Origin: Penicillus capitatus
Lineage: Eukaryota > Plantae > Chlorophyta
Assembly: GCA_965649825.1 (NCBI GenBank)
Contig: OZ287706.1
Span: 744,001-808,000 of the forward strand
DNA length: 64,000 nt
Reading direction: 5' to 3'
Made by a program: the position numbers and the translations under genes
Notes under the pieces: model-generated
Told to the model about the DNA's origin: nothing
Database searches by the model: none
The model's input: only the letters and a program-made list of their open reading frames with translations
In this document: positions 48,120 to 63,403 of the stretch, piece after piece
How the letters are laid out: every line of letters starts with the position of its first letter
Numbering within the stretch: the stretch's first letter is position 1

Positions 48120-49553
48120 TCACGACGCCTCGGACGGTGGAGTGTCGTCTATACGCTTCTTCTGCATGGTCCAGAAAACAGCGCGGTAGACGGTCTGGAA
48201 CATGGCTCGTGGGTTTGCTAGAAAACCGACGTCACATCACGTCATTGCGGGAGGCAAGGGCGATAGAGTGACCTAGATAGGGTGCAGAGACGAAGGTCTT
48301 GTCAAGGGTCTTGAATCCCATGCTCTCAGCTATGCGTTGAATCTCTTGCAGCGGGATTTCGATCGAGAGATCTTCGGAATCGAGCGAATCGGCCCAGTGA
48401 TAGAGCAAAGGCCCGAGATTAATCCAATATCCACCTGTCACATCACTTCAACCCAGGGCGCCACCCGGCTGTGCGTCCTACCGGGTTTCAGCACGGCCTC
48501 GATCACCTCGAGATACTCCAGAATGTTATGGGCGGTATCGATGAAGAAAGATGTGACCACGGCATCGAATGTACCACGATATTCCTCGCGACTGTAAACA
48601 TCCTACGACACAAGACTGTCGACGGTGGACAGCACAAGGACATCCAGCACCACAAAATCACCGGCAACGACAGACATACACCCCTTCGTTTCACGCATGA
48701 CCTCCTGGACGTCGATGTCCGGTAACGGCACCTCTCTCAGCTGATCCTCGTCTGACACCTGATCCAAATGATCATCACACACGACCGCGATGTGACCCCA
48801 CTTGGTTACAGGTAGAGAGAGCCCAGGGATGGATCGTCCAGAAATCGACGCCCAGTGTGTGATTCAGCATGAACGAGGAGGGTATCAACATGAAGTAAGA
48901 AAACTCATTTCCTTCGGCCTCAAAACCTGCCGATGCAATCTCGGCCACCAATCGTCCCAGACCACATCCCGGAATCAACACCTTCGGCGGCTTCGTCCAG
49001 TCCTCCCTGTCTCGCACACGTTAGACATCTCCTTCCCCGTCCTCCAGGTCACACCATTTACAGAACTGAGCCTTCAGCTCCTTCACGATCGGCGTGTACG
49101 TCGCACGACGTTCTTCCATTCCTTCGCGCGTCCAATCGCGGACGAGATTCTTCAACACATATCGCACTTTCTCGACATCTTGTGGCGGCGAACGCATGTC
49201 CTCTGTGATGTCACCCACAACGAGGCCGCTTGCTTCGAGCTCTGGCTGGAGGGACGTCAGCATCGCATTCAGAAAGAACTGATTCGTCTCGACCACTGCC
49301 GTCGCCCGTCTGCATTTCTCCGAGAAGCTCGGCAGCAGTTTGCGATGTCGGTCGTCGAGACGTCCAAACTGTCGACGCCACCTTCCGACTTCGCACCGTC
49401 CCTGTTCGGCATAGCTCCGGAACGCGAGGACGATCCTGGTGCAGCACAGGTGCCCGGCACCGTGGCGGGCATTCGATGGCGTTACCGCTCGAGGGCCTTG
49501 ATTTCCTCGTCGTCTGCAGAGGGGTGGCCATCCTCCGTCGGTGGTGGATGCAT
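48120..49553 (-). CDS. CARNMT1: Carnosine N-methyltransferase-like (N2227 family) SAM methyltransferase
   Basis: KVRYVLKNLVRDW, VLIPGCGLGRL, EGNEFSYFML, AGDF, FFIDTAHNI, GGYWINLGPLLYHW. Confidence 0.92.
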
Positions 49554-49605
49554 GCCGTCGTCGCGTCGTCACGTGTGTTTGTGCATTTCGGTCGACATTA
49601 CCACC

Positions 49606-50805
49606 ATGGCTGTCGTGTTAACGGTGCGTTGGAATGGCAACGAGTACCATGTCAGCGTGGAGCCCAACGAGACGATGACCGCCGTCAAGACGCACATGAA
49701 AGAGAGAGCGAACGTCGAAGTCGGCAAGCAGAAGTACATTGGACTCAAGACCACTTCGGGTAAACCTACGAATGACGCCACACTGGTTTCGGAGCTTCTG
49801 CTGAAACCTGGGCAAAAAATCATGATGCTTGGGTACCGTCCACTGCTCTCTCACACGATAGAAAGCCCAGAGAGATGACGCGACAGGACGCCGGATGCTG
49901 TGATTGACCAGACAGTGAAGCTCGCCGAAGCGGCACCCGAGGTGAAGGACGACTTCGACATCGACGCCAACGACGAGCTCTCGATCAGCGTCCACGAGCG
50001 ACCCGAAGGTCGATTCCCCTTTCCTCCCGGACATCTCTCGCGGAGCGCCTCGTAGTGCAAGAGAAGCTCCAGAAGCGACTGGATACGGTGCAGGTTCGGA
50101 TTCTCAATCCGCCGAGACCTGGGAAAAAGCTGCTCGTCATCGACATCGACTACACGATCTTCGATTTGGGCTCCACGGCCGAGAGGGTTGAGGAGCTCGC
50201 GCGACCCTATCTCCACTTCTTCCTCGCCGCCTGCTACGAACACTTCGATCTGATGGTTTGGAGCGCCACGTCGATGAAGTGGGTGGAGATGAAGATGCGA
50301 GTACACCGTCTCCCTGTACACGGACACTCCAGAGGGCCGGCGGTGCTGTAGGAGTTGGGCGTCCTGAACCACACGAACTATCACCTGGTCTGCATGCTGG
50401 ATCACGCGGCGATGGTGACGGTCCAGACGGAGAAGTACGGCGTGTTCGACTGCAAGCCGCTCGAGTTCATCTGGAGGAAGTTCCCGGAGCACTACGATCC
50501 GAGCAACACCGTCATGCTTGACGACCTAAAGTACGTGCATCTGTCCGCCTGTGGAATGGGATCGCGTTCACGGCGGCTCTGTTGGACGCAGACGCAATTT
50601 CGTGATGAACCGCCAGAATGGTCTGACGATTCGTCCCTACCGTCGAGCGCATCGAAACCGCGCAACAGACAAGGAGCTCCTGTACTTGGCGGACTACTTC
50701 AGATTGATCGGTCCGTTGGAATCGCTGGCGCACATTAAGCACCGGAAGTGGGAGAAGTATCTCAGGAGAGCCCACGAAGGCAATCAGAATCCAACAGCGG
50801 AATAA
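49606..50805 (+). CDS. UBLCP1: Ubiquitin-like domain-containing CTD phosphatase 1
   Basis: N-terminal UBL; KKLLVIDIDYT (DxDxT), WSAT, DCKPL, MLDDL|RRNFVMN. Confidence 0.94.
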
Positions 50806-50827
50806 GGGGATCCCGGCGGCCTCTCTG

Positions 50828-51375
50828 TCACGGCGAGTTTTCTGAGCTGCGATCGCCGTCGGAGTGGCCGCCTTCCGAATCGGCAATGCCCCCGTCCTCT
50901 TCAAGCCTCCTCCGTTCTTCTTCTTGTTGTAGCTGTATGAGTGCACGCTGTGTCCGTTTTTCCAATAAATGCAGCTGCTGTTCGACGTCACGCTTTAAAT
51001 CGAAGTTGAGCTTCTTGGGAGCCACGTCCAGCACGTCTTCCTGCCATCCATTGCATGCTCTGTATGAGGGAGACGTCACATCGCCCATGCTCACCGCTAA
51101 TGGGCCTGCTGCTGTGTGAGGGGAATCGACGGTCGGTTCGTCGAGGGGAGTCGGCCGCGCCTGGGGAAGCTGCGGGAAAGCTTGTCAACGATGGAGGGGA
51201 GAGGAGACGTCAGGTGGTCTGTTACTTTGACGTGTTCGATCGTCTCGTCGCGCAGCTCGTAGTTGCGAAAGCGCAGGACGGGCTTGTCGCCGTCTTCCCT
51301 TCGCTCGTCCTCAAGGAGCCGCTTCGCCTGTTTCAGCGCCTCGAGTCGTGCGGCGCGCGATGCCGTCTCGTCCAT
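50828..51375 (-). CDS. CCDC12: Spliceosomal Cwf18/CCDC12-like protein
   Basis: RAARLEAL, LRFRNYELRDE, APKKLNFDLKRDV..LEKRTQRAL. Confidence 0.9.
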
Positions 51376-51705
51376 CTTTCGTCGTCGCCTTCACGACCGC
51401 ACTGTCGTACGCTCCCATCCGAACGCACCAACACCGGACTTCCGCCAAGCCCACCCATCTCCATGGCTTTGCGATCCCCCCGAGTGAGAGAGTGTGAGAA
51501 ACATCGTTCGCGGCACGGTAGGCAGATGCAGGGAGAGCCCGAGCATCCATCGCTTCATCGTCAAGCCCTTGTTAAATCGGTTAGTTCCATACAAAGGTCG
51601 TTCACTCGAAAACCCCGTTGCTGTTTGTTGAGTCAAAACGCGTTCCTCGCAGAGAGGTAAATAGAAGGTACAGCAGACCGAACCCGTTCGCTGCAGCATC
51701 GAGGC

Positions 51706-52404
<699 letters not shown>

Positions 52405-52815
52405 ATGGTGCGCACAAAGCAGACGGCTCGCAAGTCGACTGGCGGCAAGGCGCCGCGCAAGCAGCTGGCGATGAAGGCCGCTCGCAAGTCTGCCCCCGTG
52501 AAAGGTGGCGTCAAGAAGCCGCACCGCTTCCGCCCAGGAACGGTGGCGCTGAGAGAGATTCGCCGATACCAGAAGTCCACAGAACTGCTCATCCGGAGAG
52601 CGCCGTTCCAGAGGATTGTCCGTGAGATCGCGCAAGACTTCAAGTCCGACCTTCGTTATCAAGCCAGTGCCGTTATGGCTTTGCAAGAAGCGGCAGAAGC
52701 TTTCCTCGTCGGCCTGTTCGAGGATTCGAATTTGTGTGCCATCCATGCGAAACGCGTCACCGTGATGCCAAAGGACCTGAAACTCGCAAGACGCATCCGC
52801 GGAGATGCGAGCTAA
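52405..52815 (+). CDS. H3: Divergent histone H3 variant (intronless)
   Basis: 136-aa H3 with about 18 substitutions relative to the canonical plant H3.1 sequence. Confidence 0.97.
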   Translation: MVRTKQTARKSTGGKAPRKQLAMKAARKSAPVKGGVKKPHRFRPGTVALREIRRYQKSTELLIRRAPFQRIVREIAQDFKSDLRYQASAVMALQEAAEAFLVGLFEDSNLCAIHAKRVTVMPKDLKLARRIRGDAS

Positions 52816-53709
52816 GTATAGCCGTAGTGATGGGGGTATCTTATGCAGTCAGTCGCCTGTGTCCGCAGAGCAACGCCCAAGATGGAGACACTGAAACCGC
52901 ACTCTTGTTGTTGTTGTACTAAAGCGATGCCCAAAGGCAGGAGCCCCTTTTTGTGAAGAAACGCTGCTGTGAGACTCTCTGTGTTTAAGAAAGATCGTTC
53001 ATTGGTAACAGTGGTTTGACGCCTTCGACGAGGAACGCGACCTGGCTCTTTTCAGCTGTTCGCGCGACACTCGCTGTCTGTGTCAGTGCGCCGCCAGACA
53101 GTCGATTTCAGCGGAGGACCCGACAGAGGAGTCACCCGGCAATGCAAGCTGTCAATGAAGCGATGTCGAACTGACGGATCTCTTACCAAGGGATGGAGAG
53201 AAGTAGATAGAGTACTATTCCTCGAGCAGTGAACGTGCGCCGAGGAACGGTGGTAAGGCAGTGAGTGCTCCGGTGCGCCCCTCCATCCCATCAGAATTGT
53301 CAACGCTGATTGTTAAATGCCTGTGGTGGGTGATACCTCTGCTGTTCATGATACTCGACCCTAGAGCTAGAAGGGGCGCTGTCCCGGAGGGAAGGGATTA
53401 AAAGATCCGCGCCTGGAGGAGGATCTGTACTTACAGGGAAACGTTGAGATCGCAAAGAAGTAAGTCATTTAGCGAGAAGACGATCCGCAACATGTCAACA
53501 GAATGTGTTCGTTCTTGCACCAAAAGAATCCAACGACCGTAGACTGCAGAAGATACACCAACTCGCGTCTTTCGTTCATCGTCTGCCGTTCTCGATGGCC
53601 CAGAAGAGACGTTCGTCGTCCTCTTTCCCAAAGTTATTTCTGCGCCCATCCGTGCACTCGCGATAGCTCTGCATTTCCAGCAGAATTGACCGATCCGCTC
53701 AAACGACCG

Positions 53710-55166
53710 TCAGTTCGACTCCGGAATGTAACATCCGAGGCACGACGAGGTCGATGGATGCACCTGGATCGATCGTCCGTGATCGTAGATCGCATCAAAC
53801 CTACTCCGTGTACGCGAGCGCCGTGCAGGCAGGGTAATAGCAGAGGCGTCACACCCGCCGCACGTCACAGGTAGGCGTCCCTGAAATCTGTTCTCCATAT
53901 CCACGAGCGTCAACGCGTCGTGCACCATGTTCAACTTCAGCTTGAAGTCATCGACGGAGTCCGTCTGCAGGCTCGGCGACGCATTCACCTCGATCAGCCA
54001 CGGCTTCAGCCGCCGATCGAGCAGGACGTCGTAGCCGTAGATCTCGAAACAGTGCTTGTCCTGTGTGACCACACTCTGCACGGCCAAGAGCGACTGAATG
54101 ACAATCTGCTGTATCTCCTCAAAGACGGCATCCGTGCGCTCCTGCCCGACCTGCGTCATCAGGTAGAGGCGCAGGTGGCGGAGCGGCCATTTGAGTTCCT
54201 CCGACACACTGCACCCTCCTTGGCGCTTCTGCACGGCCACATTGGTCAGATGCATCGACGTCTCCTTGAGGCAGTCCTGTCAACAGGCAACGATTCCTCG
54301 CGACCCGATCGAGATCCTCGCCGACCTTCGACCGGCTGTACTGCGCCAGACTGAATCGGCAGAATCCGCCGCGGTGGAGATAGACACGCAGAGGGGTGAA
54401 GGAGAGCACGAGGACGTAGAGACGTATATCGAACTTGCGTCCGTCGACGAGATAGGGATCTTCGATGTACTTCGACACCACGTACACGTCGCGATACGTC
54501 TCGAGATGCTCCTTCTCCGACACCTCTTTGCGCCATCTCACGACCTAGACGCCCCGTCTCGATCGCACGCGACCGGCCGGCGACAGGCTTTGCCTGACTG
54601 AGCTTGTCCAGCAGAAAGATCCCTTTGCCTTGGGCCCGTCCGCACGGCTTCATGATCCACACCCCGCCCGTCTTGCGAAACTCGTCCGTGAAAGGACCGT
54701 AGTCTTGCGGCAGCGTGAAGGTCTTGGGGAAGAACCCCAGTTCGTCGCCCCGTCCGTCCTTCTCGAGCAATCGCTTCGCGCGCTTCAAGTTCTTCACGAT
54801 CAGATCTCTGTCCTCGACATCGCGCGTGCGTTCGGCTGTGTCTGCGCAGCGCACTTGCGTGTCAGTTCGACGTGACGCGGGAAGTGGTTGACGCGTTGGC
54901 CTTCGCGCAGGCGACCGAACTCGAATCCCGCCTCCTGCGTCAAGGAATGCACGTCTGCCCTGGACAGCCACGTGCCATCGATGGAACGTCCTCGGGGCGT
55001 CTCGCCGGACGTCGAACCAGTAGATGCTCCAGTCGCCATGTTCGTCCACTTCCTTCCATCCGCGCTTCTTCATGGCGCGCTGAATGACGGTCGATGTCAG
55101 GGTCGTGCAGAAACGGATCCTCTGCGAATCGCGCGCTGCGTCGCTGCTTCGGCGATTCGACGTCAT
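53710..55166 (-). CDS. Tubulin polyglutamylase (TTLL9/TTLL1-like)
   Basis: VNHFP, WIMKPCGRAQGKGIFL, KFDIRLYVLV, HLTNVAVQK, CFEIYGYDVLLD..PWLIEVNASPS. Confidence 0.92.
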
Positions 55167-55270
55167 GATCGCGATGCAGATGACGTGGATGGCTGGCTGG
55201 GTGATGTCATTCCAACTTTTCGCGAACGTTACGTTTTTGCACCCTCGAATTTTGAAAAGCGCGCTCAAGT

Positions 55271-56358
55271 ATGAAAAACCTCACGCGTCGTTTGACCAGG
55301 GATAACGGCACCTACGGATGTAGCTGTCGACCGCATGCCGTCGTCCAACGTGTTCGCCCTCTGCGCATAAAAGTCGGTCCGCCGCGTCGCTCGACGGGTC
55401 CCTTCCGTCACGGCGTGTCGCGTCTAGGCAAGGACGAGGTGCGTTGTCAAAGTCCAAGCCTCAATGAAAGACAACCGCCACGACGCCGCGTCCGAAACTC
55501 TTGCCGGCGCCGCTCTGCGACGCATCGGACGTACGTTATATCTGCGACGTCAGACGGAAGGACGTCCATGTGCGCTGGGCTTCCAGGGTACTGCGAGAGA
55601 TTCCCTCAGGGGAGTGACGAAGCGATAGACTGCTGGACTGCTCACAACTATCTGACCAGCGAAGCGTTGACCGCCGAGCAGCAGTGCGATTTGGAATCGC
55701 CAGACGGAAGCACGACGGGCAAGGCGTGTGCAGATTTCCAGCGTTGGGAGAACTTCGTCCAACAAGTCGTCGCGGACCGCTTGCGACGGTGGATCTTATG
55801 GTCGTGCTGTGAAGGTCGAGTCCGCCGGCGGCGCCGAAGAGATGGTTCAGACGATCCTGGCCGAGAAGAACGCAAAGGCCAAGAAGAGTACTTCGCCCGG
55901 AACCACATCGCGCAGAAAGTCATCCATCGTTCCGGCACGTGAATTCTCGGATGAAACCAAAACGCGTCGGGTGCGTCATGCGTCAGAGATGCGCACGTGC
56001 GATGCGTTGTCGTTGCAGTTCTGCAAGAAGCTGTTCGCCATGAAAGACGCGAACGGAGACGGGCGGATCAACGTGGAGGAATTCCGCTCTCTGATGAAGG
56101 CGATCGGAGACGAGGTGAGCGGCGACACCGTTGCGATGATGTTCGATTCGATGGACATCCACAACTCCCTCGACTTCGACGAGTTCATCGCCATCCTCGA
56201 GGTCGGCGTCCGTTCTCTCCCGCGCATTCCGTCCGCATCATGGCTGTGGTGTCCAGGCCGAGTCCATTCGTTCCCGTTCGCAGACGGCCGGAATGCTCCG
56301 ATCTGTTCAGAGACACGGACACTATGGGGATCGGCCGAAGTGGCTGGATAACATCTGA
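55271..56358 (+). CDS. Putative plastid-targeted EF-hand protein with Cys-containing N-terminal domain
   Basis: Transit-peptide-like start; YCERFP..DCW..QC..AC; EF loop DANGDGRINVEE and a second degenerate EF hand. Five GT-AG introns give a continuous frame. Confidence 0.7.
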
Positions 56359-56487
56359 GAGATTGTATCTGTCTTTTCTTGTAGCTGTTCAGCGTCCCCT
56401 TTTTGCAAAACGCATGAGAAGATTGACAGAAAGAAGATCCAGTTTCCTCCTGTCTGCACAGCCCACCAGGTTGGCGCTATTTGATGT

Positions 56488-58054
56488 CTATGTATCCGCG
56501 CACTCGTTCCGTCCCGAGTGCGCGTCCTTCACCATTTTTGAGATCTTCGGCTCGTATTCCGAAACAATTGATCTGACGTATTTGGGAACGTGTTGCTCCA
56601 CTCTTTCTTCTTTCCAGTGACGGTGGATGTAGAGGAAGTTTCGGAGATAGTGGTAATCGATGGAGTAACGCGCGAATTCCATTCCTTTCGGTCCGAGCCA
56701 CGACAGGATCCGCGACAGCAGCGTCCCGATCCACGACGGCAGGGGATCACGGAACTCCCCGCGCACGCTTTTCTCTCCTGACTCGAGCGTCTGCATCACC
56801 GAGGCGGAGCGATTGCCGGAAGTCGTCGTCTCCGTTATCTCCAGACGACGACGGACGAGATCCAGCATCTCCTGGCCGCGATCGTTGCGCACCGTGACGT
56901 ACTGCGGATGCTCTGTCATGTTGCAGTCCTGCGAGGGGGTCGTGCGTCGGCGGAGAGGCGGAGAGGCGGCGCACTTGATAGGGAACGGCCATGTAGCCGA
57001 CGACGAGATCGGCCAGCCCGTTGGTGTAGTCGAAGCAGCTGTAGCACGACGGGGCGATGACGTCGGTGAGCTCGTTCGCTGGCAGCGAGAAGAAGGGGAC
57101 GTATTCGAAGTGCCCGTCGGTGTGCTTGATGTGGACGCGGTAATCCTGTTCGCTCGCTGCAGGGGAGAGAAGGCGAGGGGAGTCGAGGCGCACCTGCATG
57201 AACTCGTAGTGCAGCGCGGTATCTGGCGACGCCGACGCCGTGTCCAGGAACTTCTGAAGACCTTTGCGCTTTCCGTTGTCGACGCAATTGGTCCCAATCA
57301 CGTACAGCTTCTCCAAACCCAGCTCGCGCTCCACCGAACGCAGCGCCTGCACCTATAGGACGGCATCGAGTCGCGCGCGATGCGTCTCGCGAGAGAGACG
57401 CACTTGGCATCCGACGCCGACGAAGAGAAGGCGCTTGACATTGAGCGCCTCCACCGTCGCCAGGACGTTCAGATTCGGCGAGAGCGTCGGTTTGACGCCT
57501 CTGGCCTTGAGGATGTCGTCTTTCGTGAAGGCGACGACGGGCCGAGGTGTGAAGCGGTCGTTTTCGTCGCTCTGGACGCAGACCACGGCCTCGACCGTCT
57601 TGCTGCGCAGCATTTCGAGCGCCACCTGCGTCACAATCCCTGTCCACTGGGCTCCGTCCACCGGCGGTCGGTTCTTCGCGTAGAAAATCTGTCGGTGCAC
57701 TCCGAAGCGCAGCTCATCTTCGTCCTGGACGTCGCTGTACGTCACACAAACGTCCCATCAGATCACACAACTCGGAACACCGACCGCTGCCGGCCGTGCA
57801 CGACGACTTCGAGATCGTCCACGCGAGACATCCCTACAGCAGTCTCGCCTAGACGAGGCGTCGTCGATTCGGCACGTGCCTCTGCCGAGGAAGGCGCAGG
57901 CGTCCTTCACTTTCGCGACGTAGTACGTGTCGCACAGTCCGCATTGGCTGCAGTAGTCTTTGGCAGGGTACGGCGCTCCCGGCCTTATGGGACGAGCCTT
58001 CTGTCGCCAGTTCGAGATCTGCGACTCGGCGCGACACGCGAACGATCGACGCAT
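56488..58054 (-). CDS. HCAR: 7-hydroxymethyl chlorophyll a reductase
   Basis: YPAKDYCSQCGLCDTYY, GAQWTGIVT, FVGVGCQ, GTNCVDNG, CYSCFDYTN.LADLVVGYM. True start uncertain. Confidence 0.93.
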
Positions 58055-58133
58055 CCGATCGTCAGGCGGCGGACGGAAGGGCACTCACTAAATGGCATCC
58101 GATGCGACAGGTGCGCGTACATCGATTAACGTT

Positions 58134-58857
<724 letters not shown>

Positions 58858-59021
58858 GGCGCTTGACGCGAGTCGGCGTTCGCTGAGTCGAGCTCCGGAG
58901 ACAAGCCGCCGCAGAAATCTATCGTACGACACGTCGCCCTCGCGAGACCGTTCTCCTAACGCTTGTCATTTAAACACGTTCTCGACGGACGGAGAAAGTA
59001 CTGCATACATGCGTAGCGGGT

Positions 59022-60697
<1,676 letters not shown>

Positions 60698-60744
60698 TCA
60701 AAAGCGGGCAGTGAGCAAAAAGCTACAGGGAGTCAAACGTCACA

Positions 60745-61746
60745 TCACGAATTGCTGTCCTCGGCCGGAATGAACTTCAAGGCGGCGGCGTTCATGCAGT
60801 AACGCTTGCCTGTCGGGGCCGGTCCGTCGTCGAAGACGTGTCCCAGATGGGCACCGCCCCGAGCGTCGACGATCTCGACGCGAGACATGAAGGGGATGCT
60901 CGAGTCTGTCACTTCGATCACGTGCTCCGGATCGATGGGCGCGGTGAAACTCGGCCATCCGGTTCCCGAGTCGAACTTGGCCTCGGACGAGAAGACAGGC
61001 AGCTCGCCAATGGCGCTGACGTAGGTGCCTGCTGCTTTGTTGTCGTGCGGGTAGCCGTTGACGGTCGTCCCCGTGAAGCTGCGTTCTGTGCCCTGATCCA
61101 CGGCGACGTATCTACCCACGCGATGCGTCGCGGTGATGCAGTGTCGGGCAGGAGAGTACCGTTGGAAATCGGTGAGTTTGGCGATCCATTCGGCGCGTTC
61201 TTCTTCGGTCAGTGGAGTGATGTCATATCCTGACTTCGAAAAACGACGCGGATCGCCCTCTGTTGACGTCATCATCAGAGAGCAAGGATGGTCAGATCGG
61301 GCTGACCTTGCGAGACAGACCATCCCTTGCGCGAGGTCGTCTTGTCCGAGGCGCCGCCTTCCCTGCCGAAGAAACCACCGAGGTTTGCCATCGTCCGCGG
61401 CAGCGTGCGAGATAGCTTTGTTGTCTGCCTCTGCCAACAGAACCCAGCGTCGAGTCTCCTTCAGTCGTCGGGAGAAAGGAGCACTGGAGTGGGTGGAAAG
61501 GTCGGAGGCAGTTCCGCAGAATGGACACCTCTTGTCAGTAGAAGAAGAGCGGCGCAGCCAGTGAAGGCCGTAAGAGAACCGGCGTAAGAAGGACCTTCCC
61601 AGCGACGTCCTTCCGCTCTTGCCTGCGGAATTTGGGAGTTGAAACGATAGCGAGTGTCTTCTAACTTGGCTGAACGTCGGTCGGCCGCTCTGGCTTTGGA
61701 TGCCCGTCGGGAGACGGGAGGACAGCCTTGCTAGGCAAGAAGGCAT
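60745..61746 (-). CDS. MSRB: Peptide methionine sulfoxide reductase B (organellar, zinc-less type)
   Basis: GTERSF, KFDSGTGWPSF, HLGHVFDDGP.PTGKRYCMN. N-terminal exons less certain. Confidence 0.88.
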   Translation of the reverse strand: MPSCLARLSSRLPTGIQSQSGRPTFSQVRRHSLSFQLPNSAGKSGRTSLGRSFLRRFSYGLHWLRRSSSTDKRCPFCGTASDLSTHSSAPFSRRLKETRRWVLLAEADNKAISHAAADDGKPRWFLRQGRRRLGQDDLAQGMVCLARSARSDHPCSLMMTSTEGDPRRFSKSGYDITPLTEEERAEWIAKLTDFQRYSPARHCITATHRVGRYVAVDQGTERSFTGTTVNGYPHDNKAAGTYVSAIGELPVFSSEAKFDSGTGWPSFTAPIDPEHVIEVTDSSIPFMSRVEIVDARGGAHLGHVFDDGPAPTGKRYCMNAAALKFIPAEDSNS

Positions 61747-63403
61747 TGGCGATCGTGAAGCGACTCTGTCCTGTCGGCGATGCGTTTCGACGTTTGTCGA
61801 ATTCACGGCATCGGATCATCGAAGAAGAAATGAGTTACGTCATCGTCGATCGCACGTCGGCGCAGATGGAGTCGAGGTTCAAAGTACCCCATCTGTCATG
61901 TAGACCTACTCGTCTTAGGTGGAATCTTCGACAACGATGGATCTGTCCGTTGCATTTTCCATGCCTCGTTTGGAGCCTTGTTTCTCGATCTGCCGCATCC
62001 GAAGGGCGATTCACATTTCGTGCTCTCGTGCATTATTCAGTATCATCGACCGCCGATCGGTCGATGGACACGTCAAATAGCTCGATAGATAACCACACTG
62101 ACGTGAAACATCGACAACGCGTGTAAGATTGTCGTCGATCGGTCAAAACCGATCGATCGATTGATTTCGATTTATCGCACATTCTGTTTCCATGAATGCA
62201 CCGTCGCCGATCGTCGTACCATCGATGGCGAGAAACATCAAAGATCGATTCGCCAGTGAAAGCCAATCGATCACACACCAGCTGGACTAATCGATGCGAT
62301 GCGATCGGCCTATCAGTATGACCGATGCAGTACGATCGGATCTTACAATAAGACTCAAATTCTTTCAAAAGTTGCGGTGTTTACCTGGATTGTGCCGTTC
62401 TACGGCAATCTTATGTCCCGAAATAGACTTTGCCGATCGCGAAACGAAACTGCGATCGATCAGACTACTTTCTTGTGCACTGGATCGCCGCCGATCCAGC
62501 ATGCATCTCGATCGATCTAGTTAACACCTCATTTGAGGAAACGATTGCTTATCTTGAAATCTCACACCGAAAGTCTCTCCCAGTAAAATGCCTATCGCCG
62601 GAATTGATCGAATGGTTGTCGATCGCACAAATGTTTAATTTTTGCAGCTTTCTTCTTTTAAAACGTTCCGACTTCTTTGACATGACTTTTCGAAGCTTCG
62701 TCTTCGATATGCCGAAGGAGAATACCAAGGAAACGAGAGAGATCTTTTCGAGGTCTCTTCTGTTGAAGAAACATGCTCTCGCTAAGTATCTGTAGAACAA
62801 ATTTGTTGCATCGATCGTTTTCCATCGGAGACAGCTGCCAAACTCGTTGATGTCGACCTTCAATTTGACTACTTGTATCGATCGATCGATTGCGACGTTA
62901 GAAGAGATGGATTTTCGTATCTGGCGCGAACTTTCGCTTGTTCCATTCTGTAATGCATACGAACGTGAAGTGCTTGACAACACTCAATAAATGCAATAAT
63001 GCTATGTGACGATCGACACCATCGATCGAGAGTCGATTTGGTTCGCGACAATTGGTCTGTTCATCATGTCAATAGAAGACAAGATGTCCTCCGACAATTG
63101 GTACAGCCTTTATTTGCATCCGTCGACGTTTGAACTTCCAAAAAAGCGCTCTCGAAAAACGCGTATCGTGTAAAAGCGACCTTGGGCCAAAAGAGTCACA
63201 ACATCGACAGACTTCCACGTTAAATCTGCACAGGGAAACGCATGTATCCCAACCTTCCCACTTTGAGCCATGAACTGCGCATTCTCGTTGAATTCCTGAC
63301 GATATACCGAAAACCTACGACCATGAACCATTAACACACAGAATCTGATTCGCAAAAGTTAAAAAAAAGCTATGCTGCGCGGATCATCAAACAGGCATGA
63401 CGT

